DNA from: Candidatus Heimdallarchaeota archaeon
GTDB lineage: Archaea > Asgardarchaeota > Heimdallarchaeia > Hodarchaeales > Hodarchaeaceae
Direction of reading: 5' to 3'
Length of the DNA stretch: 64,000 nucleotides
Assembly: GCA_019057635.1 (NCBI GenBank)
Contig: DXJL01000056.1
Location: 14,774 to 78,773 of the forward strand
The translations under genes and the position numbers were made by a program. Below, piece by piece: positions 38,748 to 49,255 of this stretch. How positions within the stretch are numbered: the first letter of the stretch is position 1; each line of letters opens with the position of its first letter. The notes under the pieces were generated by a model. The model searched no databases and was not told where the DNA came from. It saw nothing but the letters and a program-made list of their open reading frames with translations.

Positions 38748-39122
38748 TTACAGTAACTCTTCTATCGGGCTACTTCCTCTTTCGGTAATTTTCAGATTAA
38801 TTTGATAAATATCTTCACTAATCAGAGAACCCCGAACACGTTTTCGTCTTCTCCGCCCTTTCCGTTGTGGTTTGTATCCTACTCCTCTGTGACCGATGAG
38901 TATTCGTTTTGGCATTGCACCGTCTACACCCGGAGCCATTGGAAAACCTGAATGATCAGAACCGCCAGTTATCTTGAATTTATACCCTTCAAAACCAATT
39001 GTTGAACCTTCCAGCTCATCCCCAACGGACATTCCGATTAATGGGCGAGTCATAGAGTCTTCATCTATTTCCTTTTTATAGCTCTGTTTCGCATCAGCTA
39101 AATTTAATTGAAATCGAACCAT
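38748..39122 (-). CDS. rps6e: Ribosomal protein S6e
   Basis: 'GYKFKITGGSDHSGFPM' and 'KGRRRRKRVRG' eS6 signatures. Confidence 0.9.
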   Translation of the reverse strand: MVRFQLNLADAKQSYKKEIDEDSMTRPLIGMSVGDELEGSTIGFEGYKFKITGGSDHSGFPMAPGVDGAMPKRILIGHRGVGYKPQRKGRRRRKRVRGSLISEDIYQINLKITERGSSPIEELL

Positions 39123-39391
39123 GTTCTCATCTCTTACCTTTTTACAATACTACAAAGGTGTGAATTCCTTGTAATCAATAGTAATATCGCTAACAGGTCA
39201 ATGGTGTCGTTAGATGTTCTTAAGTTCCAGATTCTTATTTCTTCTTATGAAAGATTTTAAGTCTTTACAGAAGAGCTTTTTCCTATTGGTTAGTTTGTTA
39301 CAGAAGAAAAAACGTTACCAATTCCATTCTACAAATATCTGAGCATTCAACTAATCTCGTGGAATGAACACTTATAAGATACAAATTTTTG

Positions 39392-41185
39392 CTAAACAGC
39401 CCAATATTTGTTAACAGTTCTTCGTTTTATTTCAATCAGTTCACTTAAAGCATCCATTTCTGATCCAGACAGAATTTTATCAGCCAATATCTTTCGAGCG
39501 TGAGTCTCTGGAACATTTACCCAGAGTTCATCACCTTCTTTAACTTGACGACCAGCGGTGGGGCCTTTGATCGCGACAGCAACTTGATTACTCACTTGAG
39601 CTTTTGGTAAATTTTCCCCACTGTCTTGAATTTGCAATAGATGTCCAATTACTTTGTTATCACGGTTTATTAAATCAACCTTCGGAGTCAAAATTCCAGA
39701 TAGGACTTCTACACCTACAATACAAGGTTTACACTGCCTAAATATGAAGGGAAGAACTTTAATCTTACTTGGTCTAATAATATCTTTCAGGGCTTCTAGT
39801 TCTTCTTCTTGTTGTATTTTGTATTGATATTCTTGGTATTCTTCACTAAGCTGATAGATAATATCACTTTGCAATATTGGAATTTGTAATCTATTACTTT
39901 CTTCTTGTGCATCCTCGAGAACGGTTGTTCTAAATGCCAATATAATACCAAATGTTTTATCTTTCTCCTTTGATAGAGAGGCTTGGTAAATATCTTTTTT
40001 TGTAACATCACCCACCGCCGCGAAACGAATCTGTATACTCGAGTCTCTTAAGAAGTTTACTAGGGCTTCCAGTGAGCCTAAAGCATCAGCTTTTACAATA
40101 ACACCAGCCTCATCTGTTTCCACTAAAATACTAGCAAGTTCATCTTCAATTCGTTGAACTGCATCCTTTTCACTTTTTTCAGTAACAACATACAATGAAG
40201 AGCCTGCAATTGCATCTTCAAGCTCTGGAGCGACAATTTTCACCCCTATTGCTGCTATTGCTTCATCAACGTTTTCAAACTTGTTTCTTGGATCCCGAAT
40301 CTCATCTAGATCTTTTGGTAATAAAAGTGCACGTACTTTGGTGGATATCACACCATTTTTTCCTGCTATCACGATTTGGGAATCATTTCGAATTATTCCA
40401 TCAAAGAGGATAACATCAATGGTTGTTCCAAGCCCTACCTCTTTTTTAACTTCAAGGGCTACTCCTTTTCCACTGTCGAGATGAAGTTCCAGCTGTGTTT
40501 TCAGATACTGTTCGGTTAAAGTTGCTAAGACAAGGAATAGTTCTGGAATACCTTCTCCTGTCACAGCGGAGGTGGGTATTATCGCAATTTTCTTTGCAAA
40601 GTTTTTAATTTTATCATATCTTTCAGGTTCTAGGTTAAAATGGCTTAATTCAGCCATAATTTCGTAAATGACTGTTTGGAGAGCATCTTGTGTACTAGCA
40701 GACTGTTTTTTTAATGATTGCACAAGTGATAATTTTGGATAACTTTTCCAGCCAGGTAGTCTATCGATTTTGTTTGCTGCGATTAAGAAGGGTACTTTAT
40801 TTCTTACTAGAATTCGTAATGATTCAACAGTTTGAGGTTGAATCCCCCTCCGTACATCAATTACAAGAATTGAAAAATTGGCTGTGCTGGCTCCTCTTGA
40901 TCTCAAATTCATAAAGGCTGCGTGGCCTGGAGTATCAATTATTAGAATTCCAGGTATATGTAATTTCTTCTTCGCTTCACCCAATAACTTACCACACAAT
41001 GCAGTAACAGTGTCAATCGGGAAAAAACTGGCACCTATATGCTGAGTTATCCCTCCTGTTTCTCGTGCTTGCACTGCTGTGCCTCTTACTTTATCTAGCA
41101 AACTTGTTTTTCCAGAATCAACATGACCCAAGATAACGGTAATTGGACTCCTCATTAATTCTATAGACTCGTTTTCTTCCGTCAA
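39392..41185 (-). CDS. infB: Translation initiation factor aIF5B (IF2 family GTPase)
   Basis: 'ILGHVDSGKTSLLD', 'DTPGH' and 'ANKID' motifs; 597 aa four-domain layout. Confidence 0.95.
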   Translation of the reverse strand: MTEENESIELMRSPITVILGHVDSGKTSLLDKVRGTAVQARETGGITQHIGASFFPIDTVTALCGKLLGEAKKKLHIPGILIIDTPGHAAFMNLRSRGASTANFSILVIDVRRGIQPQTVESLRILVRNKVPFLIAANKIDRLPGWKSYPKLSLVQSLKKQSASTQDALQTVIYEIMAELSHFNLEPERYDKIKNFAKKIAIIPTSAVTGEGIPELFLVLATLTEQYLKTQLELHLDSGKGVALEVKKEVGLGTTIDVILFDGIIRNDSQIVIAGKNGVISTKVRALLLPKDLDEIRDPRNKFENVDEAIAAIGVKIVAPELEDAIAGSSLYVVTEKSEKDAVQRIEDELASILVETDEAGVIVKADALGSLEALVNFLRDSSIQIRFAAVGDVTKKDIYQASLSKEKDKTFGIILAFRTTVLEDAQEESNRLQIPILQSDIIYQLSEEYQEYQYKIQQEEELEALKDIIRPSKIKVLPFIFRQCKPCIVGVEVLSGILTPKVDLINRDNKVIGHLLQIQDSGENLPKAQVSNQVAVAIKGPTAGRQVKEGDELWVNVPETHARKILADKILSGSEMDALSELIEIKRRTVNKYWAV

Positions 41186-41470
41186 TACATTCTCTCCAGT
41201 ATTTTTTCACAATCATTACAAATCATTCTGTGACTTGACCTGAGAAGATGACAAATGAATGAATTTAATATATCATTTCAATTCGCATTATCTTGATAAG
41301 CACCCAGTCTCGCCTAGATTCAATCATAAATGCTGATCCAAGTAGCTTACATGTCATGAAATAGAAAATCCTAACACATTGAATTACTTACCGTTGATTA
41401 AAAGCGAAAATTTATGACCCTATCCCAATTGTATTGATTTGTGTTAGAATTATACGGAGACTGAAACTCT

Positions 41471-41878
41471 TTGCGTAGGGACAATACTCATTATTTCATT
41501 TACCCAGAATATTTCGATAAAACACTTAAACGCAGCGAAGGACGAAGATTATCTATTGAAGATTCATTAGACAATCCTTCAATATTGGAAATTCGATTAG
41601 CAGCAGAAAAATTGGGTCTCAATTATGAGATTAGAGATTCTGGGAGCTATCCTCGCCAATGGTGGAATCCAAAGGGCTTAATTCTCGTCGAGAAAAAAGA
41701 ATCAAAATTAAAGACAATTCGAACTTTGAGTTTTGAGATTGACAAAAATATTAAACCTGCGCTTGAGAAAAAAAGAAAAGAAGTCAAAGAAGCAAAGAAG
41801 AAAAGAAGTTCTAAACCTAGTATAAAAATGTCAAAGAAAAAAAGTAAATCTGAATTTCGTCCAAAAAGACGAAGATGA
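41471..41878 (+). CDS. srp19: Signal recognition particle SRP19 protein
   Basis: 'IYPEYFDKTLKRSEGRRLS..NPSILEIRLAAEKLGL..YPRQWWNPKGLILVEKK' matches the SRP19 consensus. It has a basic C-terminal tail. Confidence 0.85.
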   Translation: MRRDNTHYFIYPEYFDKTLKRSEGRRLSIEDSLDNPSILEIRLAAEKLGLNYEIRDSGSYPRQWWNPKGLILVEKKESKLKTIRTLSFEIDKNIKPALEKKRKEVKEAKKKRSSKPSIKMSKKKSKSEFRPKRRR

Positions 41879-41990
41879 ATCTTGAATATAGAATTTTTCA
41901 CTTCTACTGGATTCGTAGCTAAAAGAATCAGAATTTCATGAGTATTTCAAGCTTAAAAACAATTGGTAAGGGTTCAACAATGTTTGTATT

Positions 41991-42650
41991 TTGTTGAGGG
42001 GGGATAGAATGCGAAAAAAACGTGATATATACACGAAACGAGCAAAACAGGAGGGGCATCGGAGTCGTGCATACTATAAACTATTACAAATAGACAAGAA
42101 ATTCAAGATCTTTAATCCCAAACAAATCGTGATCGACCTTTGTGGGGCACCTGGTGGGTTTTCTCAAGTAGCTCGTGACTGTACAAAAGGAAATGCATCA
42201 ATAATTCTAGTAGATTTTGCTAGAATAAAACCAATACCAGGAATCAATAAAATTATTAAAGGAGATATCACCCAGCAATCCACCGTTCTTGAAATTCGTG
42301 AATCGGTTGAAGAATATCGGTCTACCTATAACAGTATTATTGTTCTCGCTGATTGCTCACCAAATGTATCAGGAAATTGGTCAACGGATCAGGCCATCCA
42401 AATATGGTTATCTGATGTTGCTCTTGGAATCGCCAATTTTTTCTTAGCCGTTAAATTTGTTTCCAAGGCGTTTCAAGGAGAATCGTTCAGAAATTTCTTT
42501 GATAAAATCAAATTGTTTTATGCAGATGTGAAAATTAACAAACCTCCGACGTCTAGAAAGACAAGTGCAGAAATATATGTCATTGCACAGAAAAGACGTG
42601 ACCTAGGATTGAAATTATACGATACTAATTCACTCCTCGCCGATGAATAA
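41991..42650 (+). CDS. rlmE: 23S rRNA (uridine-2'-O)-methyltransferase RlmE/FtsJ
   Basis: 'RSRAYYKL' and 'DLCGAPGGFSQV' SAM-MTase motifs. Confidence 0.9.
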   Translation: MLRGDRMRKKRDIYTKRAKQEGHRSRAYYKLLQIDKKFKIFNPKQIVIDLCGAPGGFSQVARDCTKGNASIILVDFARIKPIPGINKIIKGDITQQSTVLEIRESVEEYRSTYNSIIVLADCSPNVSGNWSTDQAIQIWLSDVALGIANFFLAVKFVSKAFQGESFRNFFDKIKLFYADVKINKPPTSRKTSAEIYVIAQKRRDLGLKLYDTNSLLADE

Positions 42651-43838
42651 GTGACACAAATGGAATTTTCAAAAATCATTGAAGGAGGAAAAGAATATTA
42701 TGTCCTTTCTCCAATTATTAACAATACGATTCCTAGAAAGTCAGATGAAGTGTTTTTCAATCCCCATCAAAAAATTAACCGTGACATTTCTGTCTTAGTT
42801 TTGAAAGTATTTGCCAAATTGAATAATAATGATAATATTGTAATTTGTGAACCTTTTGGAGGGATAGGTGTCAGAACCTGCCGTTATGCGTTAGAAGTTC
42901 CTTCTTCTACTATTCATTACAACGATGTTAATCCAAAGGCTTTCAGAATTGCTCAACACAATTTTTCACACTTATCAGAACCGTATAGGGATAAAATTTC
43001 TACTCACAATGGGGAATTCACAGATTTCCTAAATTCATTATATCTGGATCATCCTATAATGGATTTTATGGATATAGATCCTTATGGTTCGCCTATACCC
43101 TTTGTACACAGAAGTCTTAAATTCGTTACAACACAGGGGTTACTTGCTTTCACAGCAACAGATCTGGCAAGTCTTTCTGGATTATATCCAAGGGCAATGT
43201 ATGCGAAATACGGTATTGGAATGTTTGAGGATCGTATCGGTAATGTACATGAGTTAGCTGCACGTTCATTAATTACCGGAATACAAAGTATAGGTTTAAC
43301 TCAAAACCAATCTTTACTTCCAGTTTTTACGCTGTATTACAGGCATTTTATTCGTACATTCATGATTAGAATTCGTGGGGTTGACAAAGTTCTTGATCGA
43401 ACAGGTTTTCTTTGTAAATGCGATAAATGTAATACAATGTTTCAAACTTCCCTAACTACAAAAGGAATAGAATGCTCTTTCTGTGAAAGCAATCGAATTA
43501 GGAGAGTAGGTCCTTTATATCTTGGAAAACTTCACAATGAGTCTTATTTAACTCCTCTTAACGATGATCCCAACATTAAAGACAAAAATAGTTCGAAAAA
43601 TTTGTCGAAGATAATTAATCTAATACATGAAGAAAACAAGCTAGATATTCCTTGGTCTTACGATTTACCGCACGTGGCGAAAAAAATCAGTCGACCAATT
43701 CCCCCAATGGACTTTATAATAGAAAAACTAACCGAATTAGGTTATAAGTGCCATAAAACTCATTATTCGGGTACTAGTTTGAAAACAAATGCAAATTTCT
43801 CTGACCTCTGTGAGATACTCAAATTATCTAGTGATTAA
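42651..43838 (+). CDS. trm1: tRNA (guanine26-N2)-dimethyltransferase Trm1
   Basis: 'FFNPHQKINRDISVLVL' and 'EPFGGIGVRTCRYALEV' Trm1 signatures. C-terminal Cys cluster 'CKCDKC...CSFCES'. Confidence 0.9.
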   Translation: MTQMEFSKIIEGGKEYYVLSPIINNTIPRKSDEVFFNPHQKINRDISVLVLKVFAKLNNNDNIVICEPFGGIGVRTCRYALEVPSSTIHYNDVNPKAFRIAQHNFSHLSEPYRDKISTHNGEFTDFLNSLYLDHPIMDFMDIDPYGSPIPFVHRSLKFVTTQGLLAFTATDLASLSGLYPRAMYAKYGIGMFEDRIGNVHELAARSLITGIQSIGLTQNQSLLPVFTLYYRHFIRTFMIRIRGVDKVLDRTGFLCKCDKCNTMFQTSLTTKGIECSFCESNRIRRVGPLYLGKLHNESYLTPLNDDPNIKDKNSSKNLSKIINLIHEENKLDIPWSYDLPHVAKKISRPIPPMDFIIEKLTELGYKCHKTHYSGTSLKTNANFSDLCEILKLSSD

Positions 43839-43952
43839 ATTATCCAAAAAATCATCCGAAAAAAGATTTATTCTCAATTCAAAATACTCCATTCGGTAAA
43901 AGAATCACGTGTGCTTCCTTTATTAATTGGATATTACTATCTATAAAATATC

Positions 43953-44065
43953 AGGGACGTAGTCTAGCATGGTTTTAATTGCTTTCTGAATTAACACAGA
44001 GGTAATGACTAGATGATTCTTGGTTTGGGACCAAGAGGTCGCGGGTTCGAATCCCGTCGTCCCTA
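43953..44065 (+). tRNA. Candidate tRNA-Pro (TGG) with a ~38 nt non-canonical intron in the D-arm region
   Basis: Perfect 7-bp acceptor AGGGACG/CGTCCCT, discriminator A, anticodon arm CTTGG-TTTGGGA-CCAAG (G37) and T-arm GCGGG-TTCGAAT-CCCGT. The D-arm is interrupted by an insert flanked by the TAGTC/GACTA helix. I could not place the exact splice junctions. Confidence 0.4.
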
Positions 44066-44346
44066 CCTTTCTTATCTTCTCAAAGAGTTTCTAATTTTGA
44101 ATAAAATTAAGACTATCAACGGTATTTAGTTAATTGAAGTAACATTACTTCTAATGCTCTTTCTGGTTAGAAAAAGAATCAGCCTTTGATAATATTACTA
44201 TACTAATTTTCTTCCTGTAAATGTTAAAGAATGATCATTTTTGAAGAGTAAGCTGTTCATCTTCCTCAAGACATAAAACTCAATTATCGTGTTTTAGTTT
44301 TTTCAACAATATAAAACGGGTTTCGGATAACAAGGAACTTTAGATT

Positions 44347-45222
44347 ATGCTAGATTCATCAATGAAAGGAAAAATCTGTATGATTACAGGTTCAAATAGC
44401 GGAATCGGGAAATTCACAGCTCTTGAATTAGCCAAATTGGGATCCCATATCATTATGGTCTGTCGGGATTACGAAAAAGGCACCAATACTCAACGGGAGA
44501 TAATGGAAAAAACTGGAAATTCTGATATTGAGCTTTTCATTGCGGATTTAGCTTCACAATCATCGATCAAAGAATTTGTGAAGAGATACAAGGAAAAATA
44601 TAAAGTGTTACACATTCTGATAAATAATGCAGGAACTATGACAAAAAAATGGACAGCCACAGAAGAGGGAAATGAAAGAACATTTGCCATTAATCATCTC
44701 GGTCCCTTTCTTTTAACAAATCTTCTCCTTGATCTGTTAATTGCAGGAGCACCTTCAAGAATAATAACTGTTAGTTCAGGTTTACATCATAATGGTGTCA
44801 TAGATTTCAATGATATTCAATCTAAAAAGAAATATGGGAATTTGAAAGCTTATTCTAAGTCAAAATTGGCTAATATCCTTTTCACTTATGAACTCCATGA
44901 TCGCTTGCAAAGCTCTGGAAACTTGGATATTACAGCTAATGTAGTACATCCTGGCTTTACCAGAACTAGCTTTGGGAAAGAGGGACTTTCTTTACTGCAA
45001 AAAATTGGATTAATGGTTATTCATCCTATAATGGCTATTCCTCCACAAAAAGGTGCAGAGACATCCATCTATCTAGCATCTTCCCCTGAGGTAAAAAACA
45101 TAAGTGGCAAGTATTTTGTAAAAAAAGAAATAACCGATTCTTCACCAAAAACCTATGATCGTGAAAGTCAGAAACGTTTATGGATCATTAGTGAACAATT
45201 GACTGGAATTGCAACAATTTAA
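44347..45222 (+). CDS. Short-chain dehydrogenase/reductase (SDR)
   Basis: 'ITGSNSGIGK' and 'NNAG' motifs, with 'YSKSK' as the catalytic YxxxK. Confidence 0.85.
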   Translation: MLDSSMKGKICMITGSNSGIGKFTALELAKLGSHIIMVCRDYEKGTNTQREIMEKTGNSDIELFIADLASQSSIKEFVKRYKEKYKVLHILINNAGTMTKKWTATEEGNERTFAINHLGPFLLTNLLLDLLIAGAPSRIITVSSGLHHNGVIDFNDIQSKKKYGNLKAYSKSKLANILFTYELHDRLQSSGNLDITANVVHPGFTRTSFGKEGLSLLQKIGLMVIHPIMAIPPQKGAETSIYLASSPEVKNISGKYFVKKEITDSSPKTYDRESQKRLWIISEQLTGIATI

Positions 45223-45234
45223 GGGAGTTTTACA

Positions 45235-47376
45235 TCAGTCTTGTTCTTGAAGTTCCGCCAAAAGCTCTTCACTAAGCGTTTTCGGAGAGGGAAACCGAAT
45301 CCGGTTGACAGAGAGCTCTTGACGTTGAATAGTTTCTTCCTGAACTTCTTGAGTACGTAATTGGACACGGCCTTTAATTTGTACAGTCTTCCCTTCGGAG
45401 TCTTTCCGCATTTTTTCAAATATTTGATCATCTGTGTTTCCTTCCTCAACCATTCGTTTAACATCACCGCTTTTGAAACCAGTCAAGATTTCACCTGACA
45501 TTCCAAAGAATGTTACCTTAATTGTTCCAGTACCGTCGTCTAGTAAGCCACTCAATCTTAGCCGAATAGTTGGATCGATTTTTCCATGTTCACGACAGCT
45601 CCATTCCTGTCCTTCTTCGGACTGATCAACCTTCTTTTTACATACAGAACAACCCCAATAATAGGGAGATTGCTGGAATAATCTGATTACCTTTCCCACA
45701 ACTTCGATAGTATCACCATCAGCCTCCTTTGATAATTCAGCTAGATGGGTTTTAATATAGTCAATAGAAGCTTGACCAGAATCAGTAATTTGCTCTTTCC
45801 TTTCAATATTTTGTAGCTCAGAGGGAATATCGCTAAATCCTTGAATCTCACTTTGGAAATTTAGATGAATTTCCATCCGACCGTCTTGGTTCTCACGAAT
45901 TCCACCGTATAGTACTTTAATGTACTGTGTGGTTTGAAAGTCAAATTCTTCTAACTTCAGAACGTTTTCATTCCAAGCAACGATTCTTGTTGTTCCTGAG
46001 CCATCTTCTAGTGTTAAAGAACCTACCTTCCCAGTAGAACCATCAGAGCGATTAAATTCTCTGATTTCCGATTTATTTTGTAATATGCCATGAACACAAG
46101 CAATCCCTTTTTCGGGATTAAGGGTAGCAATATCATTCAAGGGTGGGTCTACATTAATACTCTCTCCTTCAAGCTCTGAAAATTTTGTATTTGCCGTAGT
46201 ATGGAGTTCTATCGTTTGAAATTTCGATAGTGATACACGAAGATTCTCAATTAATAGAGTTTGATCCTTAAATGTATCGAAATCAGAATTTGTCTCATTC
46301 CAGATTACAATGGCTGTTACCCCGGTATCATCAAAAATAAAAGCACGACGTACACTTCCAGTTGATCCATCTTTACGGGAAAATTCACGAATATCATTTA
46401 GTGGCCCTTTTTTCACTTTTACTGACACATAGTCGTCCTCAGAACTAATAGCTTCAATGTTTTTCATGGGGGTACTTCTTTGTGTTTCTTCAGACACACT
46501 AGATTCCTCCAAAGGTGGCAAAGATTTGTGGCCAATTTTCGTGACATATGTGGAACGCGTAGAATGAATCTCCGGATTTCCATCACGATCTAGTTTCACA
46601 TTGGCTCCCTGAATTAGGAGTTCATCTCCCCGTGTGAAAATAAAGGCTTCCTCTGCTCTTTGATCCCAAAAAACAATTCTTCTGGTAACTCGTTGACCTT
46701 TTATGTGCAAATTAGCAACACGACCTTCTGTCCCATCAGCTCTATTAAATGTAACAAGCCGGCCAAGTTTAATAACTGTTCCTTTTGTATCAATTTCTTG
46801 AAGTTCTTCGTCTAGAACATCAAGGTCAATAATCTCGTCTTCTGGATCGGGATAAATATCCTTCTTTACATCTGTTAAAATTTTAATAATCCCACGATCA
46901 CCTATATGAAGTTCTAAGTTTCCCGTCCGTCCCGATTTTGTATAAGCTTGCTTTAGATTAATTATTAACCCACGTTGAAGCTGATTTTCAGATATCTGTT
47001 TCGCTTTTATTCCCCAAAGTATTGTTCTGATGCTATCAGTACCATCATGTAGGAGGATTGGCGCTAATAATCCTTTTCCTCCCTCTCGCGTAAATTCTAT
47101 GGGATGAAAGATACGTAGAATAACACCAGATATATTTACTCCTGATAATCCAGGTTCCATTTGTTTTAAGCTTTTAATCGTCAATTCAGGTCGTTTTTTG
47201 GTGTCAGGTCTTCCAAGTGGGACACTATAATCTTTTGCTATTATATGGGCTGCAGCAATGTCGTTTATGAGAAATTCTAATTCTTCTTTTTTCTTGTCGA
47301 TTTTCTGTTTGATATCAGCTCTTGAAAGGCCTGTATGCTGAGAAATCTTCTGAATCAAATCTTCTATGTTAGTCAA
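45235..47376 (-). CDS. Replication protein A-like ssDNA-binding protein (multiple OB folds + C4 zinc ribbon)
   Basis: 713 aa with repeated OB-fold-like segments ('...KVGSLTLEDGSGTTRIVAWNE...') and 'CSVCKKKV...CREHGK' zinc ribbon. Confidence 0.7.
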   Translation of the reverse strand: MTNIEDLIQKISQHTGLSRADIKQKIDKKKEELEFLINDIAAAHIIAKDYSVPLGRPDTKKRPELTIKSLKQMEPGLSGVNISGVILRIFHPIEFTREGGKGLLAPILLHDGTDSIRTILWGIKAKQISENQLQRGLIINLKQAYTKSGRTGNLELHIGDRGIIKILTDVKKDIYPDPEDEIIDLDVLDEELQEIDTKGTVIKLGRLVTFNRADGTEGRVANLHIKGQRVTRRIVFWDQRAEEAFIFTRGDELLIQGANVKLDRDGNPEIHSTRSTYVTKIGHKSLPPLEESSVSEETQRSTPMKNIEAISSEDDYVSVKVKKGPLNDIREFSRKDGSTGSVRRAFIFDDTGVTAIVIWNETNSDFDTFKDQTLLIENLRVSLSKFQTIELHTTANTKFSELEGESINVDPPLNDIATLNPEKGIACVHGILQNKSEIREFNRSDGSTGKVGSLTLEDGSGTTRIVAWNENVLKLEEFDFQTTQYIKVLYGGIRENQDGRMEIHLNFQSEIQGFSDIPSELQNIERKEQITDSGQASIDYIKTHLAELSKEADGDTIEVVGKVIRLFQQSPYYWGCSVCKKKVDQSEEGQEWSCREHGKIDPTIRLRLSGLLDDGTGTIKVTFFGMSGEILTGFKSGDVKRMVEEGNTDDQIFEKMRKDSEGKTVQIKGRVQLRTQEVQEETIQRQELSVNRIRFPSPKTLSEELLAELQEQD

Positions 47377-47679
47377 AATATTTCAATCCTCTTTTTTTCA
47401 GTTTAGTTAGTATAATGCGATTTAAAGCCTTCTTGTTTGATAATAAGCATACAACAAAGAAATTGCAGATTAATTATACCAATTTTTGTATGGATGATTT
47501 TTCCTGTTTATATGTTAGTCAAAGTATATTCTTGACCTAGCTTATATATTCATCAAAAAATGAATATGATAGATTTCATCTTACGAAAAGGGGCACAGTT
47601 TCCTTTAATTGATATAACGGTAACAAATCAAGGAATTACAATGATTAAAAATCTTTCTGTAGATAATATCAATAAAAGC

Positions 47680-48267
47680 TTACCAGTTTTGATATTTAAC
47701 ACCCAATACCTCTACAATCAGATTGCGAAGCATGTTACGAAATTCACGACACCCATCCTTTGTTTTAAATGAAATAGAATGTACTTCCAATTTTGGAAGG
47801 GAGTATGTTGTCAGAATATCGATGTTCTGTTTTAACAGGGCTGTGTTTACCTTATCTCTTTTGTTCATCAGTACAAAAGGGGGATATTTCGTTGTTTCAC
47901 CTAAAAATTGTATCATTTCAATATCGATTGGTATTATCCCCTTTTTTTCTAAATTTTCTGTAACAATATGAAAAGTGGATGTGTCAATAACATGAATTCC
48001 AAAGATTATAGAATTGTTAGGTTCATCTAGGAATTGAACGATTTGGTCTTTAATTTTATCTTCCAGTGTTCTTGATCGTTTTGTAATTCTCCCAAACCCA
48101 GGTAAATCTACTAAGAAGACATCATTAATTAATTGTATAGGGGCAATTCTTAAGGTTGTACCAGCTTTTTTTCCAACTGGTCGTCTAGTGTGGGCCAAAT
48201 AATTAATCAGAGATGTTTTACCAGCATTAGGACGACCTGTTACTGGAATATTATAGGTAATTTTCAT
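47680..48267 (-). CDS. engB: EngB/YihA-like GTP-binding protein
   Basis: 'GRPNAGKTSLIN' G1, 'DLPGFG' G3 and 'NKRDK' G4. Confidence 0.8.
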   Translation of the reverse strand: MKITYNIPVTGRPNAGKTSLINYLAHTRRPVGKKAGTTLRIAPIQLINDVFLVDLPGFGRITKRSRTLEDKIKDQIVQFLDEPNNSIIFGIHVIDTSTFHIVTENLEKKGIIPIDIEMIQFLGETTKYPPFVLMNKRDKVNTALLKQNIDILTTYSLPKLEVHSISFKTKDGCREFRNMLRNLIVEVLGVKYQNW

Positions 48268-48269
48268 AA

Positions 48270-48911
48270 TTAAAACTTTAACAAGAAGGTAAGTAGTAGA
48301 CCAGAAATTATTGGAACAGTGAGATTATCATTTAATTTATCTCCTGTAGTTAATTCAATTATGGCTGAAAGAAGTGATACAAACATATTAACTAATAGAA
48401 AATAAGATACAATGATTGTTTGCGGATCTCGAATGCTAAACAGATCTAAGATTGGTGCAAATTCTGGATTTATCGAAACGAGAAAGAAAATAAATGTACT
48501 GCTAATGAAAGCAGCCAGAAAAAACGCTAAGAAACCTTCAGCGCTTTTATTCTGAAAACGTTGATATCTATGATTTCCAAATCTCGTTCCAACCACATTG
48601 GCAAATCCATCGCCAAAAGCCATCATACAAAATACAGATGCTGCTATCCTTAGATCGAGAAAAGTAACTAAAATTAGAACCATGAGAATATACAAAAGTG
48701 GACCATATAAATAGCCAGTTCTGATATCTCTCTCCCGTGATGCCATAGCCTCAAAACCCTTTTTCCACATTGATGGACGAGCAATGACTATTATAAAAAA
48801 CAATGCCACAATTGTTATCAAAATTAACAACATGCGTGGTAGGATAGCTATTAAGGGAGTTAAGAACCCAAATCCGATATGGATTGTCTTTCTCTTCGTT
48901 TCTTGATCCAT
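48270..48911 (-). CDS. Membrane protein of the dolichol/polyprenol kinase – CTP-transferase (DUF92-like) family
   Basis: 6-TM protein with a 'GDGFANVVGTRFG' motif of the GDG.A..VG type. Confidence 0.45.
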   Translation of the reverse strand: MDQETKRKTIHIGFGFLTPLIAILPRMLLILITIVALFFIIVIARPSMWKKGFEAMASRERDIRTGYLYGPLLYILMVLILVTFLDLRIAASVFCMMAFGDGFANVVGTRFGNHRYQRFQNKSAEGFLAFFLAAFISSTFIFFLVSINPEFAPILDLFSIRDPQTIIVSYFLLVNMFVSLLSAIIELTTGDKLNDNLTVPIISGLLLTFLLKF

Positions 48912-48953
48912 CTAGTTCATTTCCAACTAATAGAATCAGAGATTCTGTACCCC

Positions 48954-49250
48954 TTACGATTCATCAGTTATATCCGATTTTTCTTCTGACACTGGGGTCT
49001 TTTGGCCTTCCTCAGATTCCTCAACCAAAGTATCTAACCAATCCCCAAACACATCAACTCGTTCTTCAATAGGACGGATGGGCTTAGTTGTTTGTATTTT
49101 GCATTTTCCACAAAATATTACAGCCGTACGGATCTTTCGATCTATGTCAATGTTGATCGAATTAGTAGTGCCACAGATAGGACAATCGAACACAGTAGGT
49201 AATGTTGGAATCGGTTTTGTTCTAATTATTCTTTTTCTTTTACGTCCCAT
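48954..49250 (-). CDS. Transcription elongation factor Elf1 homolog
   Basis: 'MGRKRKR..', then 'FDCPICG...IFCGKC' Elf1-type zinc finger, 'VDVFGDWLD' and an acidic tail, collinear with eukaryotic ELF1. Confidence 0.8.
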   Translation of the reverse strand: MGRKRKRIIRTKPIPTLPTVFDCPICGTTNSINIDIDRKIRTAVIFCGKCKIQTTKPIRPIEERVDVFGDWLDTLVEESEEGQKTPVSEEKSDITDES

Positions 49251-49255
49251 ACTAT

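Noticed and set aside
38386-38788. Two Cys/Phe-rich + strand ORFs (94 aa, 74 aa)
   Set aside because: Artefacts of reading the Lys/Thr-rich repeat of the aIF2γ N-terminal extension on the opposite strand.
43981-44012. Alternative reading of the tRNA at 43953..44065 as a type-II (Leu/Ser) tRNA with anticodon loop AATTAAC
   Set aside because: It would put A at position 33 and need two G·U pairs in the anticodon stem. The Pro-TGG reading with a D-arm intron fits acceptor, anticodon and T arms perfectly.
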